Assembly (NCBI GenBank): GCA_030167865.1
Contig: JALAGF010003208.1
Location: 1 to 45,952, forward strand
Source of the DNA: Craspedostauros australis
Lineage: Eukaryota
DNA: 45,952 nucleotides
Direction of reading: 5' to 3'
Part shown: one piece after another, positions 13,058 to 24,073 of the stretch
How positions within the stretch are numbered: the first letter of the stretch is position 1
Layout: each line of letters opens with the position of its first letter
Made by a program: the position numbers and the translations under genes
Notes under the pieces: model-generated
Told to the model about the DNA's origin: nothing
The model's database searches: none
What the model saw: only the letters and a program-made list of their open reading frames with translations

Positions 13058-14459
13058 TCAGCTGGGAAATGCGGCTTTGAGATCTGGCGTAACGACGATC
13101 GATTTCGCAACATGACCGAGCGGTTTGAATTTGCCGGCCCCGCTGTCCACTGCCACAATTTGTTGATAGAAGCTACATGACAACCCCTCCGTGACATTCA
13201 TAGGAATCTTCAAAAGCAAGGGAAGCAAAGTTGAGCAGAAGACAAGAGAAGAGAGGAGGGTATCATCGTTGATGACGGCGACGAAGGTTGTGACCACGCA
13301 AGGTGAGTCGTTCGTTTCAACCAGTGCAGCAGTACCTGTAAAATGCAGCAGGATCTCTCAACACGATTGGACGTACCTCAAAGTCATCGCCTTGGAAGAC
13401 GAGTTTGGTCTTCCCGCTTGCGTAGACAACCAGCTTTCCAATCTTGCCAGGTTTCGAGGAAACGAGAGCATTATCGAATGCGGTGGTGAGCACGGGCGGT
13501 CTGGAAACGCCTGGATCGGTGAGAGCCTCCGGAGCGTCTCGCGCTTCGTTGCCCTCATCCGCTCCATCAGGGAAGCCCATATCATCCGTGCCGGTGTCGC
13601 CGGCGGCTGCATCTGCTTCATTGCCATCGTCGTCGCCGACCTGACGCAAGGATGGCAAACGCGTCGGCATTTGCATGAGGAACCAAGATTTATCCTCCAC
13701 CATCTCATCGGAGAACAGTTCTGTATTGTCGGTGTTCGCTGCCGCGCCGCCGATGCTGCGCACTGGCTGGGGGTGGCCACCGGCCACCTGCGGGTCGCTG
13801 TGTCCTATGGGAAGCTGAAGCGGTTGGATGGTGCGTGACGGCAGCGACGACGCAGGCCGGCGGGCCCTTTCCTCCTCCACGCTGGAATCCGAGTCGTAGG
13901 TGAAGCCATCGACGTTCATCGATGCCGATTCTGCACCGCCAAAGCCACCACCGTCGCCACCGTACTGATCGTCATAATCCATCGATTCCAGGATGCTCTT
14001 GGGTTTCTGGTTCCCTTTGCCGCGCGCTGATCCGATGGCCTGATCGAGCTCGCCAACGACCTCCTCCTCCACAGTCTCATTTGGATCCTTCGATTTGGCC
14101 TTCTTTCTCAGCTCCGCCGTGTTGGCACGGGTTGTTCCAGGAGCCGCGAGCTTCGAACCTGCGGTAAAGAAGACCTTTCCCTGAGGTGCTGGGCCACGAC
14201 CGCGACCGCGACCACGCCCCCGGCCTCTTCCTTTGCCTCGACCTCGCCCACCGCGTCCGGCCCCACGGCCCATGCCGGAACCTCTTCCAGCCGCATTGCT
14301 CGCAGCTGCAGCAGCCACGGAGCTGGAACCGATGTTGGTAGCCGCAGCAGCGCCTCCTCGCCCTGCCGATGCTGACGATGCAGCAGTGGCGATTGGCTTC
14401 GGCTTCTTCGCAGGCTTTCGCGGTTTGAACCGCCCTCGTTGGGATGGAGGTCCTGGCAT
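13058..14459 (-). CDS. RPC4: RNA polymerase III subunit RPC4 (RPC53/POLR3D), ~410 aa, exons 14459-13377 and 13207-13058
   Basis: C-terminal RPC4-type segment GKIGKLVVYASGKTKL...VTEGLSCSFYQQIVAV...LGHVAKSIVVTPD, with a low-complexity RG-rich N-terminus. Phase-0 intron 13376-13208 (GTACGT...AAG) joins the two ORFs in frame. Confidence 0.85.
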
Positions 14460-15085
14460 GATGTTAGTCAGACCGTTTTTGGTAGCTTTGGTGTGGTCGT
14501 AGGTGAGTCGAGCGAGAGTATAGTACCCGTCCCATCAAGTTGTCGCAGAGAGAGTGATGGATGTCGATGGTTTGGTGCAAGACAGAATCGACAGATTCTT
14601 GTGGGAAGTGATGGTGGATCCTTGGCCTTCGTGTTTTTGCGCCACACAATTTGTTGCTGGGTATCATCTTGTCACGATCCAATCGAAGCACAGCCGCCAA
14701 GTGACGCATTGTTGTCAATATCGTGATTGAGATGTTCAAACGTGACTAGTTTGAGTCGTACCAATCACTCGCCACGCACGAATCTTTTGGGTTGATGTCA
14801 ATGTACGCTCCACGTTTTTGGCGTTGTTGTTGGATTCTCACAGCCTCCACAAATTGAAGAGCAGCCCTCTTTGTGTCATCGCCGCGGAGAGTAGTCGCAG
14901 GTACCCAGTCCATTGCGCCAGGTTGAGTTGAAGTTGTCGACATTCGAGTAGTAGTAGACTACTCCACATAGATCGCCCTTCATTGCATCAACAAGCATCC
15001 TCCCACAACAGGAGAATATCTGCACGAGCCCGAGTAGAATACATCCAATCTCAGATCTGCCAACGAACGAGAAACTTGGACAAAG

Positions 15086-17694
15086 ATGAAGTTCGCAGTC
15101 TGGGCCGCCGCAGCCATCGCTGTGCTGCCATCCACCATGTCGACCGATGCGTTTTCACCGCCGCGACGGGCATTCCTGAACGGTGTCATTGCCCCGGGCG
15201 GTGCCAGCGCTGATGCGAAGCTGCATTCCATGTCGGCATCTGCCACAGTGGTGGAAACTCCGACCACCCCCATCGAGGGCATGAAGCCGGGCACTTCGGG
15301 TCTGCGCAAGAAGGTCGACGTGTGGCAAGGCGCGGATGAAGTCAACAAGAATTACGTGGAGAACTTCATCCAGAGTCTCATTGACACCGCGATGGAGAAG
15401 AATGGAGGCAAGCAGCTGGACACGGTCCTTGTGGCTGGGGATGGCCGATACTTCAACGATGAAGCAATTCAGATCATCTGCCGCGTGCTGTCGGGCAACG
15501 GCGTGGCCAACATCTGGGTTCCAAAGGGTGGCATCATGACGACGCCAGCTGTTTCGGCCGCCATCCGAACCAAGAGTGGAGGAGCCGCGCAGGGCGGCAT
15601 TGTCCTCACGGCGAGCCACAATCCTGGTGGCCCAGGTGAAGACTTTGGCATCAAGTACAACGAGGCTTTCGGACAACCAGCTGGAGAAGACTTCACAGAT
15701 GCGGTGCGTTACAAACAAGCGATCGATGGCGTCGCTATGTTCTTTCCACACGATACGATGTACCATATGCATGCATGCATGCATGCATGTATACGTGGGT
15801 GTATGCTCGCATGATCGATCCAATGCTTACTTGCTGACTCGTTTCATTCATTCATTCATTCATGTCCCTTCCATTGTGCCACCCTTCGGTTGTCTGAAAT
15901 AACAACAGCTGTATGACAAGACGCTCAAGATCACATCATTTAAGACGGTGGACTCTGTGAACGATGTCGATCTCGATGCCGAAGTTGGAACCGTTTTCCA
16001 ACTTTCAGAAACCTCCTCGGTGACCATCATCGATCCGTACGAGGAGTACCTGGAGGTCCTGAAGGGATGTTTCGACTTTGATGCGATGAAGACATTCTGC
16101 CAGAATCCGGAAGTGTCGATTCTCTTTGATGGCATGCACGGGGCCGGCGGTTCATTCGCCCAGAAGGTGTTGGTGGAGGAGCTCGGTCTTTCGACTGACA
16201 GCTTGATGCGATGTGATCCACTCACCGACTTTGGCAAGTGCCACCCAGATCCGAATCTCACATACGCCGCGGAGCTTGTCAAGCGCATGGGCTTGAAAGG
16301 GGACGGCAGCACCGATGAATCGGTCGACCTATCGAAGGTCCCAACCCTTGGAGCTGCCAATGACGGTGATGGAGATCGCAACCTCATCGCAGGCGCCGGA
16401 TGCTTCGTCACGCCATCCGACAGTTTGGCGATCATTTGCGACAACTGGAAGGCCATCCCGCACTTTGCCAAGGCAGGGGGTCCGCGTGGAGTCGCACGTT
16501 CCATGCCATCGTCTGCCGCCCTCGATGTTGTGGCGGATGCGTTGGACATTCCGTTCTTCAGCACACCCACGGGATGGAAGTTCTTTGGCAACCTCATGTC
16601 GTCGAAGGAGATGTTTGATAGCACCGACTACACCCCGTTCCTTTGTGGAGAGGAATCTTTCGGAACTGGCAGCGATCACATCCGTGAGAAGGACGGTCTG
16701 TGGGCTGTGCTCTCGTGGATTTCGATACTGATGGAAGCGAACAAGGATGCTGCAGAGGGTTCGCCGTTGGTGACCGTCGGAGACATCGTCAAGCGTCACT
16801 GGTCGAAGTACGGGCGTCATTTCTACTGCCGCTACGATTACGAAGGTGAGTCGCTGACTTCGTTTGATGTGTGTTGTTGTGCTATGTTATGTTGTGCATA
16901 GTACGGACACAAGTACTCTACTTGCGATTGCACGTGTGCCATACAATAAAGGCAGAATCTTCCAGCAATTTCTCACTCAACCAACTGATATCGTTTCCTT
17001 TGATCGCCCTTGCTCATGACTGCGCGTACGGCTGGCGTACGATACGGCGACCAACTTCGATCCGCACGACAGCCGTCGAGTCTGCCTCCGCAAACGAGAT
17101 GATGGACTTGATCCGCGACAGTTTCGTTGCCAAGGGTGATGAGCTTTCCATCGCCGATGACGCGACCGGCCTCAAGCTCGTCGGAGCGACCGAATTCTCG
17201 TAAGTTGTGAATGCAACTGTCCCGACTTTTCTTCTGCATCCATCCGTATACTCGTATGGTATGGTATTCTATGCGTTGCGCAACGAAGCGAAGTTGAGTG
17301 CACTGGGTTTCTTATCTCTCACACGTTCCAATCTGTATCACTCTCACCATACTTGTACATCGCGCTCTCACGCTGCCATGCTACTCCTCCCCCATTTGAT
17401 AACATCTCCCCGAACAGCTACACCGACCCTGTTGATGGATCCACCACCGACAAGCAAGGTCTGGTCCTCTCGTTCGAATACCCCAACGGTCAATCCGCGA
17501 GAGTGATCTTCCGGTTGAGCGGAACAGGTTCGGCCGGTGCCACCATCCGCATGTACCTGGAGAGGTACGAGAAGGATGAAAGCAAGCATGACGAATCGGC
17601 ACCATCGGCATTGAAGAGTCTGGCAGATTACGCCATTTCGTTGGTCAAGATGGAGGAGCTGACTGGCAGAGATGCTCCAACGGTGATCACCTAA
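15086..17694 (+). CDS. PGM: Phosphoglucomutase, probably plastid-targeted, ~652 aa, exons 15086-15703, 15909-16845, 17073-17199, 17418-17694
   Basis: KPGTSGLRKK, phosphoserine motif TASHNP, metal-binding DGDGDR, sugar-binding GEESFG, IREKDG, IFRLSGTGSAGATIRMY and C-terminal GRDAPTVIT. Three GT-AG introns (15704-15908, 16846-17072, 17200-17417) all keep frame. N-terminal signal peptide with TDA|FSP cleavage motif. Confidence 0.95.
15767..15862. repeat. Intronic microsatellites (ATGC)5 at 15767-15789 and (TTCA)5 at 15843-15862
   Basis: Read directly in PGM intron 1. Confidence 0.9.
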
Positions 17695-18023
17695 ACACGT
17701 AAAGTACTCTGTCTCTCTCTCTCTGCTCGGCCTTGTTTGATGCGTGTTCGTCAGTGTCGATGCTGTTTCAGCAATCACCACAAGCGGAAAGAAACAAAAC
17801 TGCATCAACCTGCGGATACGATACGATACGAGCACCTTATGTTCTCTTTCTGCTATCTTCGAGCACTCTGTGCAAATGTGAAACTCTCTTGGTGGAGTGT
17901 GGCAGCGCCCTTTAAGTATAATGTTACTGTTGGCTCTCTATTGTACTCCTAATGTGTCAAAGTGCACTCGTGTATGATACAGCACTCGTATTGAGTATGA
18001 GTATGAGTACACCTACTCGTAGT

Positions 18024-19559
18024 TCAGGAATGCACCAGCTGCGGTTGCGCATCTGTGGTGCGGATCTTGGTGGGATCAAATTCATTCAACCAGACAGGCT
18101 GTCGCAGGTTCTTGTACATGAGGAAATGATTGCGTCCCTTGGTGGCACCGTTGTGCAGATTCAAGGATTTGGTGAACTCGCAGTAGGTGGGGTCCGCGAT
18201 CTGGATGGCCTGGTAACCCGCTTTCTCGTACATGCGAACGGCAGCAGTGTTGGTGACGTCGACGTGCAGGAAGATCGTTTCGACGCTCTGAAGATTCGCG
18301 AGCCGATCGAAGCTCTGCATGAGCTTGGCCCCGATGCCCTTGCGGCGTGCGGTGGGGTTGACAGCGACTTCCGTGATGTAGAGCAAGGATCCTGGAAGCC
18401 GCTGCCGCCCGAGCTTCGTGCCGTAGAATTCATGGAAGCTGCATTCCGCGGTGCCCAGGATGATGTCAGAACGTGGCGTGCCTTGCGCGTTGGGGCGTGG
18501 GATGGTGGCAACGACGCACTTGGCGCCGCGACGTCGTCGTGCCGTCAGCACCTGGCAGGATCTGGCGCAGAATGTCTGTCGCATCTCTGGTGTGCAATCG
18601 CTGAAGACGGACAGCCGGAGATTGGCAATATCGACGTCGTCCGCAGAGCTGGCCATGCGAACCCGTATCCTGCTCTTTGCGCTTTGCTTTTTGGTGGAAT
18701 CGGCATGATCGATCTCCGCTGCTATTATGGTGGCATCGTCTTCCTTGCCTTGAGCCAGTGCGTCGGTTTGATATGCAGCTTTGCTCGGTGACATGACACT
18801 TCCGAATGCACCGAAGGAAACATTCCGGCATGCCTCATCCAGCATCCCAAGCACCGTCGATTGAATTACCGATGTTGTTGCTGCTGCAGTGGTCTTGTGC
18901 ACGGCAACCTCGTCGGATTCTTGGCCATCATTATTGTCATGGCTGTTGTTGTTGATTTCAGTTTCAACTTGAGATGTGTCATTAGACGTGTCACTAGATG
19001 TGGCATCTGGTGCTGCAGAAGACTCGGGCGATGCCGTTGCTGTTGCAGCTCCTCGCAAAGCATCCGACAGCCTGGTCGTCTTTGCGGTCGACGATCTTGC
19101 TCTCGTGGCGCTCCCGATACGCCTGTCACCCACACTTGTGGCCTTGGCTGAACTCGATCTAGTCCTCGGAGACCTCTTTGCCGATGATGATGATGATGAC
19201 GATCTTGAATTTCTTCGATCCAACAGGTTCGAAGCCAGTTTGGCCTTTTGCAGTCTGTCGTTTCGCTGCCGTTGTTGCTGTTCGTCGTCTGCGTCTTTGT
19301 TTGCGCTTGCGTCGTTACCATCGGCATTGGCATTGGCATAACCATCGAAGCTTCCATTCGCAACTGCTTCCAACGTCAGTTGCGGTGACGCCGTCGGTAC
19401 TCCGAACACGCCAGTGCTCCATCGACGCTGATCGTTCGCGAATGAAGACTGCGGAATGCGCACTGCCGAACGTCGATCGTGACTTGGTGCTGAGAATGCA
19501 TGGCAGTTGTGCTGTGGAAGCAAGCAGATGGAGGCGATCAGCGCCATCGCGAACGTCAT
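18024..19559 (-). CDS. GNAT-family N-acetyltransferase, probably plastid-targeted (alternative in-frame ATG at 19613)
   Basis: C-terminal GNAT fold with acetyl-CoA motif YITEVAVNPTARRKGIGAKLM and IFLHVDVTNTAAVRMYEKAGY. N-terminus MTFAMALIASICLLPQHNCHA|FSAP looks like a signal peptide plus ASAFAP-like site. Long Ser/Ala/Thr-rich linker between them. Confidence 0.85.
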   Translation of the reverse strand: MTFAMALIASICLLPQHNCHAFSAPSHDRRSAVRIPQSSFANDQRRWSTGVFGVPTASPQLTLEAVANGSFDGYANANADGNDASANKDADDEQQQRQRNDRLQKAKLASNLLDRRNSRSSSSSSSAKRSPRTRSSSAKATSVGDRRIGSATRARSSTAKTTRLSDALRGAATATASPESSAAPDATSSDTSNDTSQVETEINNNSHDNNDGQESDEVAVHKTTAAATTSVIQSTVLGMLDEACRNVSFGAFGSVMSPSKAAYQTDALAQGKEDDATIIAAEIDHADSTKKQSAKSRIRVRMASSADDVDIANLRLSVFSDCTPEMRQTFCARSCQVLTARRRRGAKCVVATIPRPNAQGTPRSDIILGTAECSFHEFYGTKLGRQRLPGSLLYITEVAVNPTARRKGIGAKLMQSFDRLANLQSVETIFLHVDVTNTAAVRMYEKAGYQAIQIADPTYCEFTKSLNLHNGATKGRNHFLMYKNLRQPVWLNEFDPTKIRTTDAQPQLVHS

Positions 19560-20952
19560 CTTCGACGTGCCTGATTTGTTCTCGTTTCTGCCTTGGCGTC
19601 CACTGGATTCCATGTTGGCTGCTGAGGCGGAGTCTTCGAATAGCAGAGTGCAATCGAACAATTTTGAGTTCCACAGTCGCAATGTGTTGGTGCGGTGGAG
19701 TACGAGTACGCGGGTTGGGGCGTCTCCGAATCTCTGTTGCTGTGTATTGCTCCAATAAATACGTGCGTCAACGAATCTCCACCAAGAGAGGAATTGATGC
19801 ACGATGAATGGATGGTGTGTAGGGACGAGCTGCGTGTTCACGTGTATTGTACGTGAGGATCTACTCGTACTCTTGTGATCACTGATGGAACCTCCTTCTC
19901 ACTCTTCCTCTGGACGACAACTTCACAATCAACTTCGATCTCGATTTTATGCGAGAGATGGCAGAGGACTTTGTGGCCTCCAAACACAAGAGCATCAACC
20001 ACCAACGATGCAGACACGCAGAGTGCCGGCAGTTCAAATAACACGCGCCACGAAAAAGCATCCAACCAAGAAGAAGAGGAACAACGACCAGAAAGCGCCA
20101 ACAGGCAGTCGTCTTTTTGTGCGTTTTCCTTCTCCACGCACAACCACGAACGAACGTGGCGCTCGGCACCTCGTTTCCATCTTCGTGTGACACCAAGAAC
20201 TCAGTGACGAATGACGAGTACGTCATTTTGATTGGTCAGAGATGATGCCCATCAAACAATCGCCTTCGTGCGATTGATCCGATCAACAGAAACACCCGTT
20301 TGATTAATACGAATACAAGAACCAAAAAGTGCGCAGAATTTTGCTAGCTTGGGAAACAAGATCTCCGCCATTCGAAAATACGGGCGCGTGGAACCGCTCC
20401 TGGTTCATCGCAAGGCGAATGCCGTGCTCCCTCCTTGCATTAGGATACGAATAGTACTCTGGGTCGTACACATACGGGTATCCCTGCCACTTTTAGTGAC
20501 TGTCAGCAAACTATAATGGTACAGCAAGCGTAAATATGGCGGAGCAATGAGGGTAGAGTGATTGGAAGCGCTGTAAGAGGCGTAAGTACTCCAGTTGTAT
20601 GTTCTTATCGGTTCGATTGACAGCTCCAGCCGAGTATCGCCTCCGTCAACGGTGCCGATGGCGCATGCAAAAGAGTAGGGAAAGCAACGGCGTCAAAGGC
20701 GCTGGCTGGAGCGATCTTGAGGAGCACCGTCCGAATCACACTACCAATACACTAGTAAGCTAAGACTCGCACCATACATTTACATGAAGAAGCAATCGCA
20801 GAGTCGAGTGGTCATATGCAGACATACATTCAGCTTGGAGAAAGAAGCCGTTTTCTCATAGGGTTGGGAGCCTCCGGCGAGAGAGACTGATGCCCAACCC
20901 CAATGCAGCGGTGCACCCTTGTCGTCCTTTGTCCGCTGCAAGGGTGTGCACC

Positions 20953-23595
20953 TTACACCCACACTAAATCATCGCCGTTGTTGCGCTCGTACGCGACTTC
21001 GAACTCCTCCTTCGGAGTAGCAGTGCTTTCATTCTCGCCTGTTTGAGGCGGTGGGTTCGCATGCGAAGGACCATGCTTCTTGCCGTTCTTCTGGGCAAGA
21101 TCGTGTCCCTCCCGCCTCTGGCTGTGTCCATAACCGCGCTCGTTCAGATTGAGGGCACGGTTCGTGACGTTCGCCAAGTCGGCTGACGACTCTCTCTTGT
21201 TCCGTTGCTTGGCCACTAGCTCATCCTTGTACTTTGCCAACAAGTACAATACGTGGCCGCGATTGTCATGACGCAGACGAGTTGCCACGTCCTCGGGCAG
21301 GCTTCCCTGGTGGTTCCGGGCCTGCAAGGCTTTGGGGTATGCGCGGATGACCATCTCCAACACTTGCGCTGAGGTTCCCGAGAAGCAGGCGGAATGCAAC
21401 GGGGTGTTGCCGAGCTCGTCCTGGATCTTGCACGATGCCCTATCAGTCAATAGAAGGGCCTTCACCGCCTCCAAAGGAGCGTACCATGTGCAGGCAACAT
21501 GGAGAGGGAGACATCCGCCAGGCATGCACCGGGTCGTCACGGCGCCAGGGCATGCCTGAATGAGCGAATCCACCACTTCGACCGGCGGTCGGCGCTCGCA
21601 CGCGTAGTGCAGGGGGAGGAATCCAGTTCCGGCCACGAAGCCACCTCGGGTGGTCGTTCGCAGCTGCTCTTCGGCCTCGTCCGGGTTGAACTCTAGTCGG
21701 CGAATCACCGCTTCCCACTTCTGATTCCTGATCAGCGTTGGCAGATCGGTAATGAGATGAGACTCAGCCTCCACGCCTTCTCCGCCATGTTTGCCGTTGT
21801 TGCCAGAACTGGGCAACTTGCCTTTGTACATGTCACTGCATGGGTAGATATACACGCGCGCATGTACACATACGCATTGCATGATATGACAATGGCAACA
21901 AATGAAAGCATGCACAATGCGTTGTTCACAACACCACACGAAAGAGTGATCGTTTGTTGTCAAGAAGAAGACGAAAGAATAAGTGAATATCGCAAAAGAG
22001 CAATAGATCAAGATGATGGTCAGTTGAGTGATTGCTTTCGCCAGAGAGCGGGTCCACATAACACAACAGCAATCGATCCTGCTCACAATAATAACACAGT
22101 GCACTTACCCCTCGGAGTTGTAGAAGCGCGGTTCGTCATTCGTGGAATCGTCTTCCGTGCTGGGAATGGTCTCATCCGTGTCAACGATCCTTCTTTGGTT
22201 GCGCGGCGATTGTGTCTCCACCAGCTGGCTTGGGCGAGTCCAGTAGGACGGGTGCTTGCGAAGCGCCCTGGCCAGCGCCGATTGGTGCGGTCTGCCGTTC
22301 TCTCCGGCCATGGCCAGGGCTTCTTCCAATGGAGTTCGCTCCCACCTGTTTCGACCGAACGTCGCATCCGGATAGGCTTTGAGCAAGTTGGTGGCGACGT
22401 TGGGATGCGCAATGCCCCAATGAGCAGCGACGTGAAGGGGCAAGAATCCATCCTTGTTCCTGTGTCGAGCAGCAGCCGGGTAGGCCGTGACCAAGGTGGA
22501 GATGACGCGAGGCGTGGCTCGGCCGGCGCAGGCCATATGCAGGGGCATTCGCCCTCCCTCAGAGTCCTTGCGAATTGCCTTCGGGTAGGCATCGAGGAGG
22601 GCATTGAGCACAGTGACGGCCATCGACTCCCTCTTTTCCGACACCAGGATGTTGTTTCCCATCGACACAGACACGTTGGTGCGCGGCGACATGGCGCTAA
22701 GCAGGCCGCATCCCTGCGTGCCCGCAAACTCCTGCTCCAGCATGTTGGTCATGTTGCTGTGCAGGGAATCGGCCGTGGATTCTGACACCGACCTGCGCCC
22801 TCTGCTGACATGGCCAGGTCGGACGAGGGGGAAGGTGAATTTGGATGATTGCGTCGGGGCGGGTGTCGGCGTCGACGGGGAGCTGTCCCGGTTGGAGGCC
22901 GGTGATGTTGCAGTCGGCGATCCTCCCGACGGGTTGGAACCCGCGGAGAGCCCGGAGAAGGAGGAGGGGGACAGGATCGAGCTGCTCGACGATTGCGGGG
23001 TGGCGGACGCTGCGGAGGCATTGCTGCTCTGCCTCCCGTTCCCCAGAGTGTTGGACAGCGACGGTCGGGTGCATGATGCGAAAGCTGCCAGATGCAAAGG
23101 CAGACAGCCATGTCTGGATTCTCTCATGGAGGCAGCGTCGGGGAATATGTCGATGAGGGTGAGGATGAAGCGACACACTTGCAGGAAGGGGTCCTCCGTC
23201 GATCCGTCCGTGGGCACGGTGGTGTTGACGGCGCTTCTGAGCTTGAAGCATGCGTGATGCAGCGCAAGTCGTTTGGCGCTGGATATCTTGTGCGCAGTGT
23301 ACTTTGTCCGGAGGGATGCCCATGTCGTCACCTCTCGGGGGTACTTCTTGGCTCGCTGCGTGGCCCTGTCCCAGTCCTCGATCTCCATGAGGTAGAAGAG
23401 AACCGGCAGGTTCTTGGAGTTGCCGCTGCGCGGGTTGATGGGCCGTCTGGCGGTGGCATCACCCCCATCGCTCTTGGTCGCACCGGATGTTGGGGTCGCG
23501 GCGGATGTCGTGCTCATGCCGCTCTGTGGGTTGGTGCCGTGCGTTCCGGTGCTGGTGGTGCTGACGGAGACGCTCAGTACTTCTTTGTTGTACAT
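20953..23595 (-). CDS. Ankyrin-like repeat protein with repeated LPLH motifs, ~789 aa, exons 23595-22109 and 21835-20953 (5' end uncertain)
   Basis: Repeated units such as HGCLPLHLAA, GRMPLHMAC, GFLPLHVAA, RTPLEEA, FLPLHYAC, GCLPLHVAC and GNTPLHSAC. Phase-2 intron 22108-21836 (GTAAGT...CAG) joins the two ORFs in frame. Confidence 0.82.
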
Positions 23596-24040
23596 GATCC
23601 CAAGCCCAGGGTCCTTCCTGCTCACCTGCTGCGATCGCAGGATTTATGGTCAGCCGGCTGGGTCGGCTGGGTGGACTGGCCTGCGGTAGACTGCTCGTTG
23701 ACTGGAAAGGGGTCAACCGGGAGCACTTTCTGTGGTGGTGTTGATGCCGAGACCGACGTTGTCGGTTGCTTCCACACGCGTGTGATGGTTTGTGCGGAGC
23801 GTGGTTGGGTCCTCTGTTGGTGGAGTAGAGCGTGCTTTCCCACCATGCACAGCCCAAGATAGCAAAGAAGCTTGGTGAGATTGGTCAGATTGCCCAAGCC
23901 AGATCAGATCCTGGCAAATGTTGGTGGCCGCTTCTGAGCTGCTGCTTCCAAGCTGTTGGTCTCAGTGTGTGACACGTCCAAGCGGTTTGCTATGCTCCGC
24001 TGAGTGTTCTCTGCGGGCGAGCCCGTACCGAGACTGACAG

Positions 24041-24073
24041 AGATGGATCAAGGTGGATCGAGGTGGATCGAGA
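24041..24073. repeat. Short tandem 10-bp repeat (AGGTGGATCG-like) x3
   Basis: agatggatca aggtggatcg aggtggatcg aga, read directly. Confidence 0.7.

Noticed and set aside
20600..20640. GGTTCGATT resembling a tRNA T-loop
   Set aside because: The flanks do not form a T-stem, and no cloverleaf or acceptor stem can be built.
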